From a virus (taxonomy: Duplodnaviria > Caudoviricetes), in IMG/VR virus record IMGVR_UViG_3300042261_000916, positions 1 to 60,643 of that record: DNA of 60,643 nucleotides; one strand, written 5' to 3'. Position numbers and translations under genes: made by a program. Numbering within the stretch: position 1 is the stretch's first letter; every line of letters begins with the position of its first letter. The notes below the pieces were generated by a model. That model was not told where the DNA came from. It made no database searches and was given only the letters and a program-made list of their open reading frames with translations. Positions 17,688 through 26,568 of this stretch are shown piece by piece.

Positions 17688-18170
17688 TTAATTATCCCAA
17701 TTTTCTTCCCCGTATGGATCAAGTACAGGTATGAACTTTTGACCAACTGGTTTTATATCTTTTGTGAAATTTTCTAAATAACAAACTAATCTATTTAATC
17801 TTTCTTTTTTTGCTTCTAATCTTCTAGATATTTTTTTATGCCTTTCTATTCTTCGGCTTGTCATAAATAAATATCCTGTAAATTTACGATTAGAATCTTG
17901 TAGTTCTATAAATATATCTCTTAATTCCATTGCTATAACATTATAGGAATCGTAAATCTGACGGCTATTCGCTCCATATTCACCACGTATTGCTTTGGTG
18001 CTTATAGGTTGTAATTTATCAGCAATCACACGAATTGAATCAGATATAGAATCATATCTATCTTCAGTTTGCCTGTTTCTATAATGTCCTTGAACAGTTA
18101 AAATATAAAAGGGGAACTTGAAATAATTTTTGAAACTATTCCATTTCCTTTTTATGTCATTCCATTTCAT
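17688..18170 (-). CDS. Hypothetical protein, C-terminal DPYGEENW
   Basis: Ends VLDPYGEENWDN. Confidence 0.7.
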   Translation of the reverse strand: MKWNDIKRKWNSFKNYFKFPFYILTVQGHYRNRQTEDRYDSISDSIRVIADKLQPISTKAIRGEYGANSRQIYDSYNVIAMELRDIFIELQDSNRKFTGYLFMTSRRIERHKKISRRLEAKKERLNRLVCYLENFTKDIKPVGQKFIPVLDPYGEENWDN

Positions 18171-18194
18171 TTTTATTTAGATTAAAAGTCTATA

Positions 18195-18527
18195 TTATTC
18201 CCAATTCTCCTCTCCATATGGATCTAATTCGTTATAAACTCTTGGTTTTGGATTATACACATCTTCTAAAACATTACTCATAAGATTTTTAAATCCTCTT
18301 GGTTTGCCTCCCATGATAATGGGAGTTTTATTTAACATGTGTTTTTCATAACTATCTGTTTTAATTATTCCAACGCAAAAATCACTCAAGCTAGCTCTAG
18401 TTATGGAATCTTGAATATCTTGATTCGATATTAAATCGGTATAATCTACAATATAAGGATTATAGAAAATATCTTCTTTCCCTGATGGAACTCCTTGATT
18501 TGATGTTATTATAGGCAAATTATTCAT
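18195..18527 (-). CDS. Hypothetical protein, C-terminal DPYGEENW
   Basis: Ends PRVYNELDPYGEENWE. Confidence 0.7.
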   Translation of the reverse strand: MNNLPIITSNQGVPSGKEDIFYNPYIVDYTDLISNQDIQDSITRASLSDFCVGIIKTDSYEKHMLNKTPIIMGGKPRGFKNLMSNVLEDVYNPKPRVYNELDPYGEENWE

Positions 18528-18870
18528 CCCATACCTCTTCTTCAAATGGGTCAATACTTTTTAAATTTTTCCTTATGGCTCTTACTTTATCAGGATCATC
18601 TATAAAATCATTTAGTTTCTTTTCTAATAATTTTATTAATTTCTTGCTTTCTTCCAATTCTTTTTCTAATTGATCTATCTTATCGCTACTGGTATAAGCC
18701 TTGTATGTTGTTGAATATTGATAATCATTCCAACTAGTATCTGTTCCAGTGGTTGTTGTTGACCAATATGATATTCCAGCAGTGATTGAGCTTCCTGATG
18801 TTGATGAGGTGCCACTTTTAGTGGTATAACCTATATACACATTATCTTTATATGTACCTAATTTTTTCAT
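18520..18870 (-). CDS. Ser/Thr-rich and coiled-coil protein, C-terminal DPFEEEVW variant tag
   Basis: Ends IDPFEEEVWDE; coiled coil-DPD-tag arrangement resembles 20875..21807. Confidence 0.7.
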   Translation of the reverse strand: MKKLGTYKDNVYIGYTTKSGTSSTSGSSITAGISYWSTTTTGTDTSWNDYQYSTTYKAYTSSDKIDQLEKELEESKKLIKLLEKKLNDFIDDPDKVRAIRKNLKSIDPFEEEVWDE

Positions 18871-18872
18871 AA

Positions 18873-19016
18873 TTAATTCTCCTCTTCGAACTCTGATATT
18901 TCAGGTTCTATATAATTTTTTTCATCTGGGAGTTTATTCTTATCGTTTTTCATTTTGATAAGAATGATAGCCATCAAAAATAAAATTAATGCTAGAAAAA
19001 TAATAAAACTTGTCAT
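18873..19016 (-). CDS. 47-aa single-TM protein
   Basis: Hand-translated MTSFIIFLALILFLMAIILIKMK...; AAGGAGG upstream. Confidence 0.6.
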   Translation of the reverse strand: MTSFIIFLALILFLMAIILIKMKNDKNKLPDEKNYIEPEISEFEEEN

Positions 19017-19029
19017 AATGATTCCTCCT

Positions 19030-19524
19030 TTATTTACACATTTTTTTGATTTCTGTTATTATATTATAATAAAATTCTCTAAGTCCATAAGATATTTTAA
19101 TCTCAGGTCTTGCTAATCTTGTTTGTATTTCTACATCTTCTTTTCTTTCATATTCTTCGTCTATTCCTACTACAATAATTTTGTCTGTAGAATTTCCCCA
19201 TTTTCCTAATTCATATAATACTATAGGGTTTAATGATCCTTTAGAAAACCAAAAAACAATTATATCCGATTCTTTCATTCTATTGTATTCCCACACAATT
19301 TGTCTTTCTGATTCCTCTTTTATATGTATAGGAAAATATGCTCTTCTTGGATTATAAACTATAACATCACATAAATAATCGTGATTTTTACTTTCACTAT
19401 CTTTTAATAATCTTTCAATAATATCAGATTGCCAATCTGGACAGTTGGTAATATCACCAGCCAAAAACAATTTTATAGGTTCATTTATCTTTATTTCTTC
19501 GGGTGCTGTGACAAATCTTATCAT
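19030..19524 (-). CDS. Nucleoside 2-deoxyribosyltransferase-like protein
   Basis: LFLAG.I..CPDWQ, YNPRR, QI.WE, SDII.FWF, P..LYELG. Confidence 0.85.
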   Translation of the reverse strand: MIRFVTAPEEIKINEPIKLFLAGDITNCPDWQSDIIERLLKDSESKNHDYLCDVIVYNPRRAYFPIHIKEESERQIVWEYNRMKESDIIVFWFSKGSLNPIVLYELGKWGNSTDKIIVVGIDEEYERKEDVEIQTRLARPEIKISYGLREFYYNIITEIKKMCK

Positions 19525-19820
19525 TCTTCTTTCAATGCGCTTTTTATTGATTCAGTAACGTCCGGTATAGTTTGAGCTCTTTCGAGAAATTTAACGTTAA
19601 TGTAATCAATTCTGTTTCCCGGAATAAATTTTTTATGATCTTCATGTTCAATTAAAACACCAAAAGAAGTAATTTTTCCAAGATATGTTTCTAGAGCATA
19701 TTCTTCGCATTCTAAGTGGTGGTATATTGGATCTGAAGGACCATTGATTTTATTCCCATTCGTTAGTTCTATTTCTAGACCTTTTGTTTTCAAATGTATT
19801 TCTAATTCGTATGTGTTCAT
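19521..19820 (-). CDS. Hypothetical protein
   Basis: Coupled ORF in operon (ATGA overlaps). Confidence 0.65.
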   Translation of the reverse strand: MNTYELEIHLKTKGLEIELTNGNKINGPSDPIYHHLECEEYALETYLGKITSFGVLIEHEDHKKFIPGNRIDYINVKFLERAQTIPDVTESIKSALKEE

Positions 19821-20026
19821 GGTTGTGATTTATTTTCTTCTTCAAGATCTCCTAAAAGAACGACCTTGAAATGATTTATAGAGAAGTGACGGGCGTTGAC
19901 TAGAAAACTTTTATCATCGTCTAGTAAAATAGTGTCACCAGCTGCCGGTATTATATAAGATTCATACTCTTGAATAATATCGCCATCGTAATTCATCAAC
20001 ATAATTTTATAATCTTCTCTGTGCAT
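19817..20026 (-). CDS. Hypothetical protein
   Basis: Coupled ORF in operon. Confidence 0.6.
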   Translation of the reverse strand: MHREDYKIMLMNYDGDIIQEYESYIIPAAGDTILLDDDKSFLVNARHFSINHFKVVLLGDLEEENKSQP

Positions 20027-20053
20027 TCCTATTTTTTTATTTTTTATATCTTT

Positions 20054-20266
20054 TTAAGATACGTTTGTTTCTATTTTTTTATCCTCTTTCTTTTTTCTCG
20101 GTTTTCTTGGTTTTGTCAAACAAACATAATCTGTTATAGCTTTTTCCATAATACAATCCATACAATATATTACTCTATACGAGTCGTGTCTATTTACCCA
20201 GTATGATTCTTTATCTGGAAATTCTTTTAAACAGCTAAAACATATATTATCACTTCTTTTTGCCAT
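20054..20266 (-). CDS. Small Zn-finger protein
   Basis: CFSC...CMDC. Confidence 0.65.
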   Translation of the reverse strand: MAKRSDNICFSCLKEFPDKESYWVNRHDSYRVIYCMDCIMEKAITDYVCLTKPRKPRKKKEDKKIETNVS

Positions 20267-20274
20267 GATTTATT

Positions 20275-20430
20275 TTAATTTAATGGTCCATAATAACATT
20301 CTTCACTCTTTTTCCCCTGTAATTTTTCAGATACCCAAGTCCAACTCACAACCATGATATATACTATGAAAATAACAATAGATATTAATCCAAGAGCTGC
20401 GATGTTCAAAATATTAAATATCGTTCTCAT
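20275..20430 (-). CDS. 51-aa single-TM protein
   Basis: Hand-translated MRTIFNILNIAALGLISIVIFIVYIMVVSWTW... Confidence 0.55.
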   Translation of the reverse strand: MRTIFNILNIAALGLISIVIFIVYIMVVSWTWVSEKLQGKKSEECYYGPLN

Positions 20431-20672
20431 AATAATTTACTTAAATAATGTATAAAACTAGCAAAATATGGATATACCATATACATGAAATAACATAATC
20501 CTGTTATAACCATATATAACATGAAAATAAATAACCAATTTATGGTCATCCATCTTGGAAATTTATTTTCTATGTTTTTATAATAAATAATTGAAACTAT
20601 TATAGATAATAATAACAGTATTGTACCTATTCCTCCAACTATTAAATGTATCATAATTAATTCTCCCAACAT
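20427..20672 (-). CDS. Two-TM membrane protein
   Basis: Two hydrophobic stretches. Confidence 0.65.
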   Translation of the reverse strand: MLGELIMIHLIVGGIGTILLLLSIIVSIIYYKNIENKFPRWMTINWLFIFMLYMVITGLCYFMYMVYPYFASFIHYLSKLL

Positions 20673-20887
20673 TCTTCGCCATAGGGATCTAATTCGCTAA
20701 AGACTCTTTTGATCTCTTTGGTGTTTTTATTGTTTATATAATTTTCTAGATTTTCTAGAATGTTTCTATTAATCTCCTCAGTTAGAATTTTTTCAAGCCT
20801 TTCGCTAATATCTATGCCAAAAGATTTTAGATCTTCTACTTGTTCTCTTGTAAATTTACAATTTAATTGTCTTTCTATCGTTCCCAA
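20657..20887 (-). CDS. Small protein, C-terminal DPYGEECW
   Basis: EIKRVFSELDPYGEECWEN; the segment FT.EQVEDLKSFGIDI..L..IL.EEINR.IL is reminiscent of a gp23 capsid segment. Confidence 0.65.
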   Translation of the reverse strand: MGTIERQLNCKFTREQVEDLKSFGIDISERLEKILTEEINRNILENLENYINNKNTKEIKRVFSELDPYGEECWEN

Positions 20888-21807
20888 TTTTCTTCGTCGT
20901 AAGGGTCTAGTTCCTTACGACGTTTATATTCATCAGGATCATTTTCGATTAAATTAATTTTAGCTTTTAATTTTTTATTATCGTTTTCTAGATTGTTTAT
21001 TATAAACTGAAATCTCTTTTTCTCTCCATCGTGATTCTTAACAAAGGCAGTATTCCTTTTTTCTAATTCGGATATTTTCTCCCAAAGTTTGCCTATTTGT
21101 TTATCTTTTTCGTCTATATCTGATTTACTAAGAGTGAATGTTTTTGTTGTAAAATTGGTTTTTGGTTCTGTTGTTTTAGATTTTCCAGAATCCCAACCGG
21201 GGTATTCCCACCAACGATCATCATTCCATTGTGTACCAGTTTCACTCGGAGTTGATGTTTTTCCAACACCTTTTGGTTGATCAAATATATTTGGATGTTT
21301 TTCATTCCATTCCTTTTCAGTGTACCTACGATAAATATCAGTCCACTCTGTACTCGAATATGTTTTTTTATCGCTTTCTTCCCAATCTTTTTCTGCTTTT
21401 TCTAATTTTTGTTTAATTTCCGACCAATAACCTTCTTTTTTCTCACTATCTTTCCAATCCTTCTCTGCTTCTTCTAATCTTTTCCTTTCTTCTCCAGATA
21501 ATTCTATTTTCTTTTTATTACTGTTGGTCGCGACCTGATTTTGCCACCAATATTCAGATTCGGGCATATATATTCCAGCAGTCTTTAATGGGACTTTCAA
21601 TTCGGGAGAATCTGTATTTTTAATAAAATCATAACCTACTTTTTTTTCGGGCAATTTCTCACCATTTAGTTCTTTGAACCAAGATGGTAATTTATCAATA
21701 AAAGCCGGTTTACTTTCAGGTTCTTTTTGTTCTTCTTCTTTTTTTGGATGAAGATATGGTTCTTTTTCATCCAAAGTGGTTTCAATTTCTTCATTCATTT
21801 TATACAA
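20875..21807 (-). CDS. Charged coiled-coil protein, C-terminal DPYDEENW
   Basis: Ends ELDPYDEENWER; internal repeat LE.AEKDW..S.KK. Confidence 0.7.
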   Translation of the reverse strand: MYKMNEEIETTLDEKEPYLHPKKEEEQKEPESKPAFIDKLPSWFKELNGEKLPEKKVGYDFIKNTDSPELKVPLKTAGIYMPESEYWWQNQVATNSNKKKIELSGEERKRLEEAEKDWKDSEKKEGYWSEIKQKLEKAEKDWEESDKKTYSSTEWTDIYRRYTEKEWNEKHPNIFDQPKGVGKTSTPSETGTQWNDDRWWEYPGWDSGKSKTTEPKTNFTTKTFTLSKSDIDEKDKQIGKLWEKISELEKRNTAFVKNHDGEKKRFQFIINNLENDNKKLKAKINLIENDPDEYKRRKELDPYDEENWER

Positions 21808-22408
21808 AATTTTTAGTTAACTCTGGATCAATATCTTTACCTTCTTCAAATAATTCATTAATTTTTCTGTGTTTCTCTATTACCTTTTCAATTGGTAATT
21901 TAATTAATTCCTCATTATCAATAATTTCTTCTCCTTTAGATAGAAGATCTCTTGATGCCTGCACAGCAATACAATGATCACTCTGATGAACAGAGTAATA
22001 TAATGAAAGTAAATAATTTGGATCTACCACGTTCCAACCCTTTACTGTAATATTTGGAACTTCTTTTTTGAACATGTCAATAACAATCTTTTTATCGTCT
22101 TGAATTTTCTCATAACGAATAAAAGTATTGTTGTCATATTTGGTTTTCATTCTATAAAAACCTAAACTTGTCAACTTTAGTTGAACAACGGTGAAATTTT
22201 CAGGTGGAACAAAAATATCAATATCCTTATGATCATGGATATGCTTATATTCAGTATGAGCAGGGGATATAAAATGCCATGCCCATCCACCGGATAATAC
22301 CACGAGTTCCCTAATATTTTCAAGGATCTCTATTTGAGCATTTATCCAGTTGACGTCATATGTTTCACCATATCTCGTCGGATTATGTTTTTTAATTTTC
22401 TTTTTCAT
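21800..22408 (-). CDS. Pol-beta-superfamily nucleotidyltransferase
   Basis: VLSGGWA...HKDIDIFV...VIDMF. Confidence 0.8.
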   Translation of the reverse strand: MKKKIKKHNPTRYGETYDVNWINAQIEILENIRELVVLSGGWAWHFISPAHTEYKHIHDHKDIDIFVPPENFTVVQLKLTSLGFYRMKTKYDNNTFIRYEKIQDDKKIVIDMFKKEVPNITVKGWNVVDPNYLLSLYYSVHQSDHCIAVQASRDLLSKGEEIIDNEELIKLPIEKVIEKHRKINELFEEGKDIDPELTKNFV

Positions 22409-22664
22409 TTAATTCTATTTTTTTAAGTGATAATTTTCTCAACGAACTTGCTCCTCCAAAAATATCACTTAATATAAAATACATTGATGGTAATTTCTTT
22501 TCTATTTTTTTAACAGCATGATTATAAGCCCTTAAATTTTTGTGATCAGGACTTATTAATTCTTTACGTGGAATTTTTTGTGACCACTTACACACACTAT
22601 TACAATAGAATTCTTGTTCTACTCTTAGCTTACGATGTAGTTTTATTAATTTTATTATTTTCAT
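22392..22664 (-). CDS. Hypothetical protein
   Basis: Coupled ORF. Confidence 0.6.
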   Translation of the reverse strand: MKIIKLIKLHRKLRVEQEFYCNSVCKWSQKIPRKELISPDHKNLRAYNHAVKKIEKKLPSMYFILSDIFGGASSLRKLSLKKIELNEKEN

Positions 22665-22972
22665 AATCTTCCGTGTCTCATTCTTTCTCTCTGATTATTA
22701 ATTATTTCCTGAATTCTATAAGCATCTTGTATATTAAATTTCTTCACAACGATTGGGTTGTCATTAAATCCGTTTATCACTATGGTTGTTCCTAGTAAAG
22801 AAGTATTGACTTCAACAGAAGTAACAGTATCAATAGCCATAGTAATTTTATCTTTATTTAAAAGATTCTTATTACGTTTTGAGTATCTGATATAGTTATC
22901 ATCTATTTCCAAAACGTAAGGAGTTAAGATTGGTCCAAGTCTTGTTACGTCTGATGTGAATCTATAATACAT
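22661..22972 (-). CDS. Bacterial PH-domain-like protein
   Basis: P..LEID...I.YSKR...L......I....VTSVEV...LLG.TIVI. Confidence 0.55.
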   Translation of the reverse strand: MYYRFTSDVTRLGPILTPYVLEIDDNYIRYSKRNKNLLNKDKITMAIDTVTSVEVNTSLLGTTIVINGFNDNPIVVKKFNIQDAYRIQEIINNQRERMRHGRL

Positions 22973-23280
22973 TATGTAAATATTAAAAGGTTGTTTTCTC
23001 TTGAAAATTTCCCTAAAGTTGTAAATAATTCTGATGCTTCGGCATAAGGATTTCCCATATCGCTGTCATACCAGAAATATGTTCTATCGAATATAACTAC
23101 ACAATTTTTAAGATTTTCAAGAATCTTATAAAGATTTTCTTTATTGTTACTATTAAAATTGATAATATCGACTTTTTCGTTTGGTTTGGTTTTATACTCA
23201 ACCGACATAGTATTTATCACTACTTTATTCCAGTAAGTGATATAATTATCTAATAATGCTTGAACTTTTTCGCTATACAT
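22972..23280 (-). CDS. Hypothetical protein, paralogue of 23286..23573
   Basis: Shared CVVIFD..Y.WY.D and (S/T)(R/K)EN. Confidence 0.65.
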   Translation of the reverse strand: MYSEKVQALLDNYITYWNKVVINTMSVEYKTKPNEKVDIINFNSNNKENLYKILENLKNCVVIFDRTYFWYDSDMGNPYAEASELFTTLGKFSRENNLLIFT

Positions 23281-23285
23281 ATTCT

Positions 23286-23573
23286 TTACATAAAAACCCC
23301 TATTTTATTTTCTTTTGTTAATTTCATTAATTCATCATGGAATTTTCCAATATTAGTGTCGTTATACCATTTGTAGATATTATCAAATATAACTACACAT
23401 TCTTTAGCGTAGTCTCTAAGAATTGATATTAAATGATCTTGATTTATATCTGTAAATCTAAGAATTGTTGAATCATCTTCTAAATCGTAAACTGCTCCTA
23501 TGGTATCTATAATACATAATTTTATGTGAGCGAACTTATACCAATCTATTATTTTTTGAACATTTTCTCTCAT
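23286..23573 (-). CDS. Hypothetical protein, paralogue of 22972..23280
   Basis: Shared CVVIFD..Y.WY.D. Confidence 0.65.
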   Translation of the reverse strand: MRENVQKIIDWYKFAHIKLCIIDTIGAVYDLEDDSTILRFTDINQDHLISILRDYAKECVVIFDNIYKWYNDTNIGKFHDELMKLTKENKIGVFM

Positions 23574-23594
23574 GACAGTTCATTTTTTAATATA

Positions 23595-23602
23595 CAAATA
23601 TA
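23595..23602 (-). promoter_or_regulatory. Bacteroidota-type -7 promoter box TATATTTG
   Basis: Heads the 23573-to-17054 minus-strand operon. Confidence 0.6.
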
Positions 23603-23668
23603 ACGATTGTTTTCAACAAAAAAAAACTTATTTTATATTTTGTTGTATATAAAAGAAAAGTCTAATCT

Positions 23669-24298
23669 ATGAAGATTTCCGTAATAATGGCTAGTTTTCT
23701 TGGAATGCCAGGTAGAGATAAACTAGATCAAAAATTCAAAAGAGCAGTGAACTCTTTTCAAAAACAAAATCACGAAGACAAAGAACTTATTATAGTCGCT
23801 GACGGTTGTGAAAAAACAATGCAAATTTACAACGAAAGTTTCTCAAAAGAAAGTAATATAAAATTTATTCCAATACCTAAACAACCACTATATTCAGGAA
23901 TAATGAGAAATATAGCCTACGAAGCTGCTGTTGGTGAGATAATTACTTATTTAGACGCAGACGACGTTATAGGAAAAAACCATTTAACTTCTATACACGA
24001 TCAATTTGATATTAATTCCCATGATTGGGTATATTATGATGATTATATGACTCTTGATAAAGATTTTCAAAAACTACATATTAGACCAGTCGAACCAAGA
24101 TATGGATCTATAGGCACTAGCAGTATCTCTCATAAACATCCAGCTATTATGAAAAATGGGCAATGGTTAAGATGGAGAGATGGTTATGGTCATGATTTTT
24201 GTTTTGTAATGAAATTAGCTTCTTTAGGAACAAAATTTAAAAAATTAGAAAAAATGCCAGAATATATTGTCTGTCATTATTATCAAGCAGATTTTTAA
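23669..24298 (+). CDS. GT2 family glycosyltransferase
   Basis: KISVIM, ELIIVADG, RN.A...A.GEIITYLDADD. Confidence 0.9.
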   Translation: MKISVIMASFLGMPGRDKLDQKFKRAVNSFQKQNHEDKELIIVADGCEKTMQIYNESFSKESNIKFIPIPKQPLYSGIMRNIAYEAAVGEIITYLDADDVIGKNHLTSIHDQFDINSHDWVYYDDYMTLDKDFQKLHIRPVEPRYGSIGTSSISHKHPAIMKNGQWLRWRDGYGHDFCFVMKLASLGTKFKKLEKMPEYIVCHYYQADF

Positions 24299-24313
24299 AA
24301 TAAAAGTAAAATT

Positions 24314-24685
24314 ATGAGAAAAGATAGAGATAATAGAATTTATTGTAGTGTAATGAACTATGATCAATTCGTTGGATTTAGTATTCCTAAAAACTTGGAA
24401 TATATTATAGATTTTATAAAAGAAAAAACAGACGATGAATTTATCGATCAAGTATTTGACGATTACGATGAATATAGAGATTATGAAGTTGAATGTGCGT
24501 CACAAGCTAGACACGGTAGCTCAGGAACAACAGATATAGATACAATTGAAGAATTTGTTAAAGAATACTCGTGGCACATAAATGATAATGACGATATTAA
24601 AAAATTCTTCGAAAACATTAATATAAAAGAAGAAACAATAAATATAAAAAATACATCAAATAGTTTAACAGGTTTTACTTACTAA
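24314..24685 (+). CDS. Hypothetical protein
   Basis: ORF track. Confidence 0.65.
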   Translation: MRKDRDNRIYCSVMNYDQFVGFSIPKNLEYIIDFIKEKTDDEFIDQVFDDYDEYRDYEVECASQARHGSSGTTDIDTIEEFVKEYSWHINDNDDIKKFFENINIKEETINIKNTSNSLTGFTY

Positions 24686-24721
24686 ATGATAAAAATGTCA
24701 TTTTTAACAATTAATATATAG

Positions 24722-25018
24722 ATGAAAACGGTTATTGAAATAAATGAGGAGATGGATAGGCTTAAAAATTTCTTAGATAATAGTCAAGATATTTATTATG
24801 CTTTTAGTCCAAGTAGTTATGAAGATATAACAAATAAAATAAATCAGAGTAGAGGTAAATTTCAAATTCTCGAATCTTTGATTGATAAAACGGATAATGA
24901 ATTGATAAGTATGTTAAAAGAAAAAAATGATTTATATGATATTATAAACGGGACAGGTTCTGGCAATATATATGAACTGCAGGGTGAAATACTTGCAATT
25001 AGATGGGCATTAAAATGA
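24722..25018 (+). CDS. Hypothetical protein
   Basis: ORF directly after TTAATATATAG. Confidence 0.65.
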   Translation: MKTVIEINEEMDRLKNFLDNSQDIYYAFSPSSYEDITNKINQSRGKFQILESLIDKTDNELISMLKEKNDLYDIINGTGSGNIYELQGEILAIRWALK

Positions 25019-25344
25019 CAAAAGAAGAATCAATAAATAGACTTAATAATGTCGTAAAAGACATAACCAATGAAGCATTAGTAACAGATTTACTTTATTG
25101 GAAAGATGATTTTATTGATTTTTGTGATGATGCGATATCTAATAGTGAAAAAGAATCATTATTCAATGATAAATATTTGATAGGAGTTTCTATAAGGGTT
25201 CGTGGTCTTATGAATTTATTATTTTATAAAAATGACGACATGCATCCTGCATATACAAAGACTATTCAATATAAAGAATATGAAAAAAGAGCTAAAAGTA
25301 TTAGAAGAACAGAACTAATAGATAAAATGTTAAAAAATAATTAA
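25003..25344 (+). CDS. Hypothetical protein
   Basis: ORF track. Confidence 0.6.
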   Translation: MGIKMTKEESINRLNNVVKDITNEALVTDLLYWKDDFIDFCDDAISNSEKESLFNDKYLIGVSIRVRGLMNLLFYKNDDMHPAYTKTIQYKEYEKRAKSIRRTELIDKMLKNN

Positions 25345-25349
25345 AAGAT

Positions 25350-26078
25350 ATGGCAAGGTTAACAAGTTTTAGTGATTTTGTTGATGGAGAAGATTTCTCT
25401 TACAACAATCAGCCCAAACCTTATATTTATGTTTTGAAATATATTATTGGGAAAGAAAATTATGTAGACGAGTTAAAAGAATACATAAAAAATTACAAAG
25501 ATGAAGAGTCTGATTATGAAGATGACGATTCGTACGATCCTTATATGGAAAAACTAAAAGAACTTGTCGATGATGATAATTTGGATGATGTAGAGGAAAT
25601 GATTGTTAATTATGAGGATTATATAACAGAAATCGGCGACTTCGATGAGAGTGACGATGACTATGAAGAGAAGATGTATGGATATGATGAAGATGATGAT
25701 GAAGAAATTGAAGATACAGATACATTCGATGATAAGAAAGACGTCATTCTGGATTATATAGAGACCTACAACGAAGAAGACATTAAAAATATAGATTTTA
25801 AGGAATTGGATATAGAAGTACAGAAATCTAATTTGAGTGAGGATCTTAAAGACTTCCTAAAAGTAGATATAGAATTTGAAGATCTAGAAGATGAAATAAA
25901 TGAAGATTTCTTATCTGACGAAGAAGATATAGAAGATATAGATTACGAAGAAATCACAGATGAATCTAATAAAGAAGAATTATTAAAAGAAACTCCTGAT
26001 CTTGATGTTTATGAACAAGATTCATTTGAAAAAGATTTAGGAATAAAAGACGAACCAGAAGATGAAGAGAAATCTTGA
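25350..26078 (+). CDS. Extremely acidic protein with CTS-like leader
   Basis: MARLTSFSDFVDGE; D/E dominate the sequence. Confidence 0.75.
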   Translation: MARLTSFSDFVDGEDFSYNNQPKPYIYVLKYIIGKENYVDELKEYIKNYKDEESDYEDDDSYDPYMEKLKELVDDDNLDDVEEMIVNYEDYITEIGDFDESDDDYEEKMYGYDEDDDEEIEDTDTFDDKKDVILDYIETYNEEDIKNIDFKELDIEVQKSNLSEDLKDFLKVDIEFEDLEDEINEDFLSDEEDIEDIDYEEITDESNKEELLKETPDLDVYEQDSFEKDLGIKDEPEDEEKS

Positions 26079-26292
26079 TGGAATGAGAAAAGCTTATTAT
26101 AGGAGAATTCCTGTATATTTCAATCCAGATACAACTGAATTAGAAGGTAGAAATTGGTTTTATAGTATATTAGCGAATATAATGATTTATATTGATGCTT
26201 ATATTATAAGAAATGAAGAAGGATTCCCTATATGGATTGAAATGAATGATTCTGAAAAACAGTGGAAAGATATAATAGAAAAAGGTTATTAA
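26062..26292 (+). CDS. Hypothetical protein
   Basis: ORF track. Confidence 0.6.
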   Translation: MKRNLDGMRKAYYRRIPVYFNPDTTELEGRNWFYSILANIMIYIDAYIIRNEEGFPIWIEMNDSEKQWKDIIEKGY

Positions 26293-26483
26293 GTTACCAT
26301 TTTTCTTTCATATTTTAATATTTCATCTATAGCTTTTCTTTTCTGAACATGGAAAAACCAGTACCCCTTAAATGAATCATAATTAAGCATGTTATAACTT
26401 ATTAACATGCTTTTTTCACTATAAGTTAGCCACAATATTTCACCTGATGGTACTTCTACGATATATTGAACTCTATCTCCCAT
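26289..26483 (-). CDS. Hypothetical protein (possibly leaderless)
   Basis: TATATTTG box at 26488-26495 lies only 4 nt from the ATG. Confidence 0.55.
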   Translation of the reverse strand: MGDRVQYIVEVPSGEILWLTYSEKSMLISYNMLNYDSFKGYWFFHVQKRKAIDEILKYERKMVT

Positions 26484-26568
26484 TATACAAATATATATAA
26501 AAATAACGTTATTAAAAAATAAATTTGTAACACGCCATTTTTAATATATAAAAGAAAAAAGATATAGA

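Noticed and set aside
25536-25556. DPYMEKL as another tag copy
   Set aside because: Only DPY matches; no GEE or Trp.
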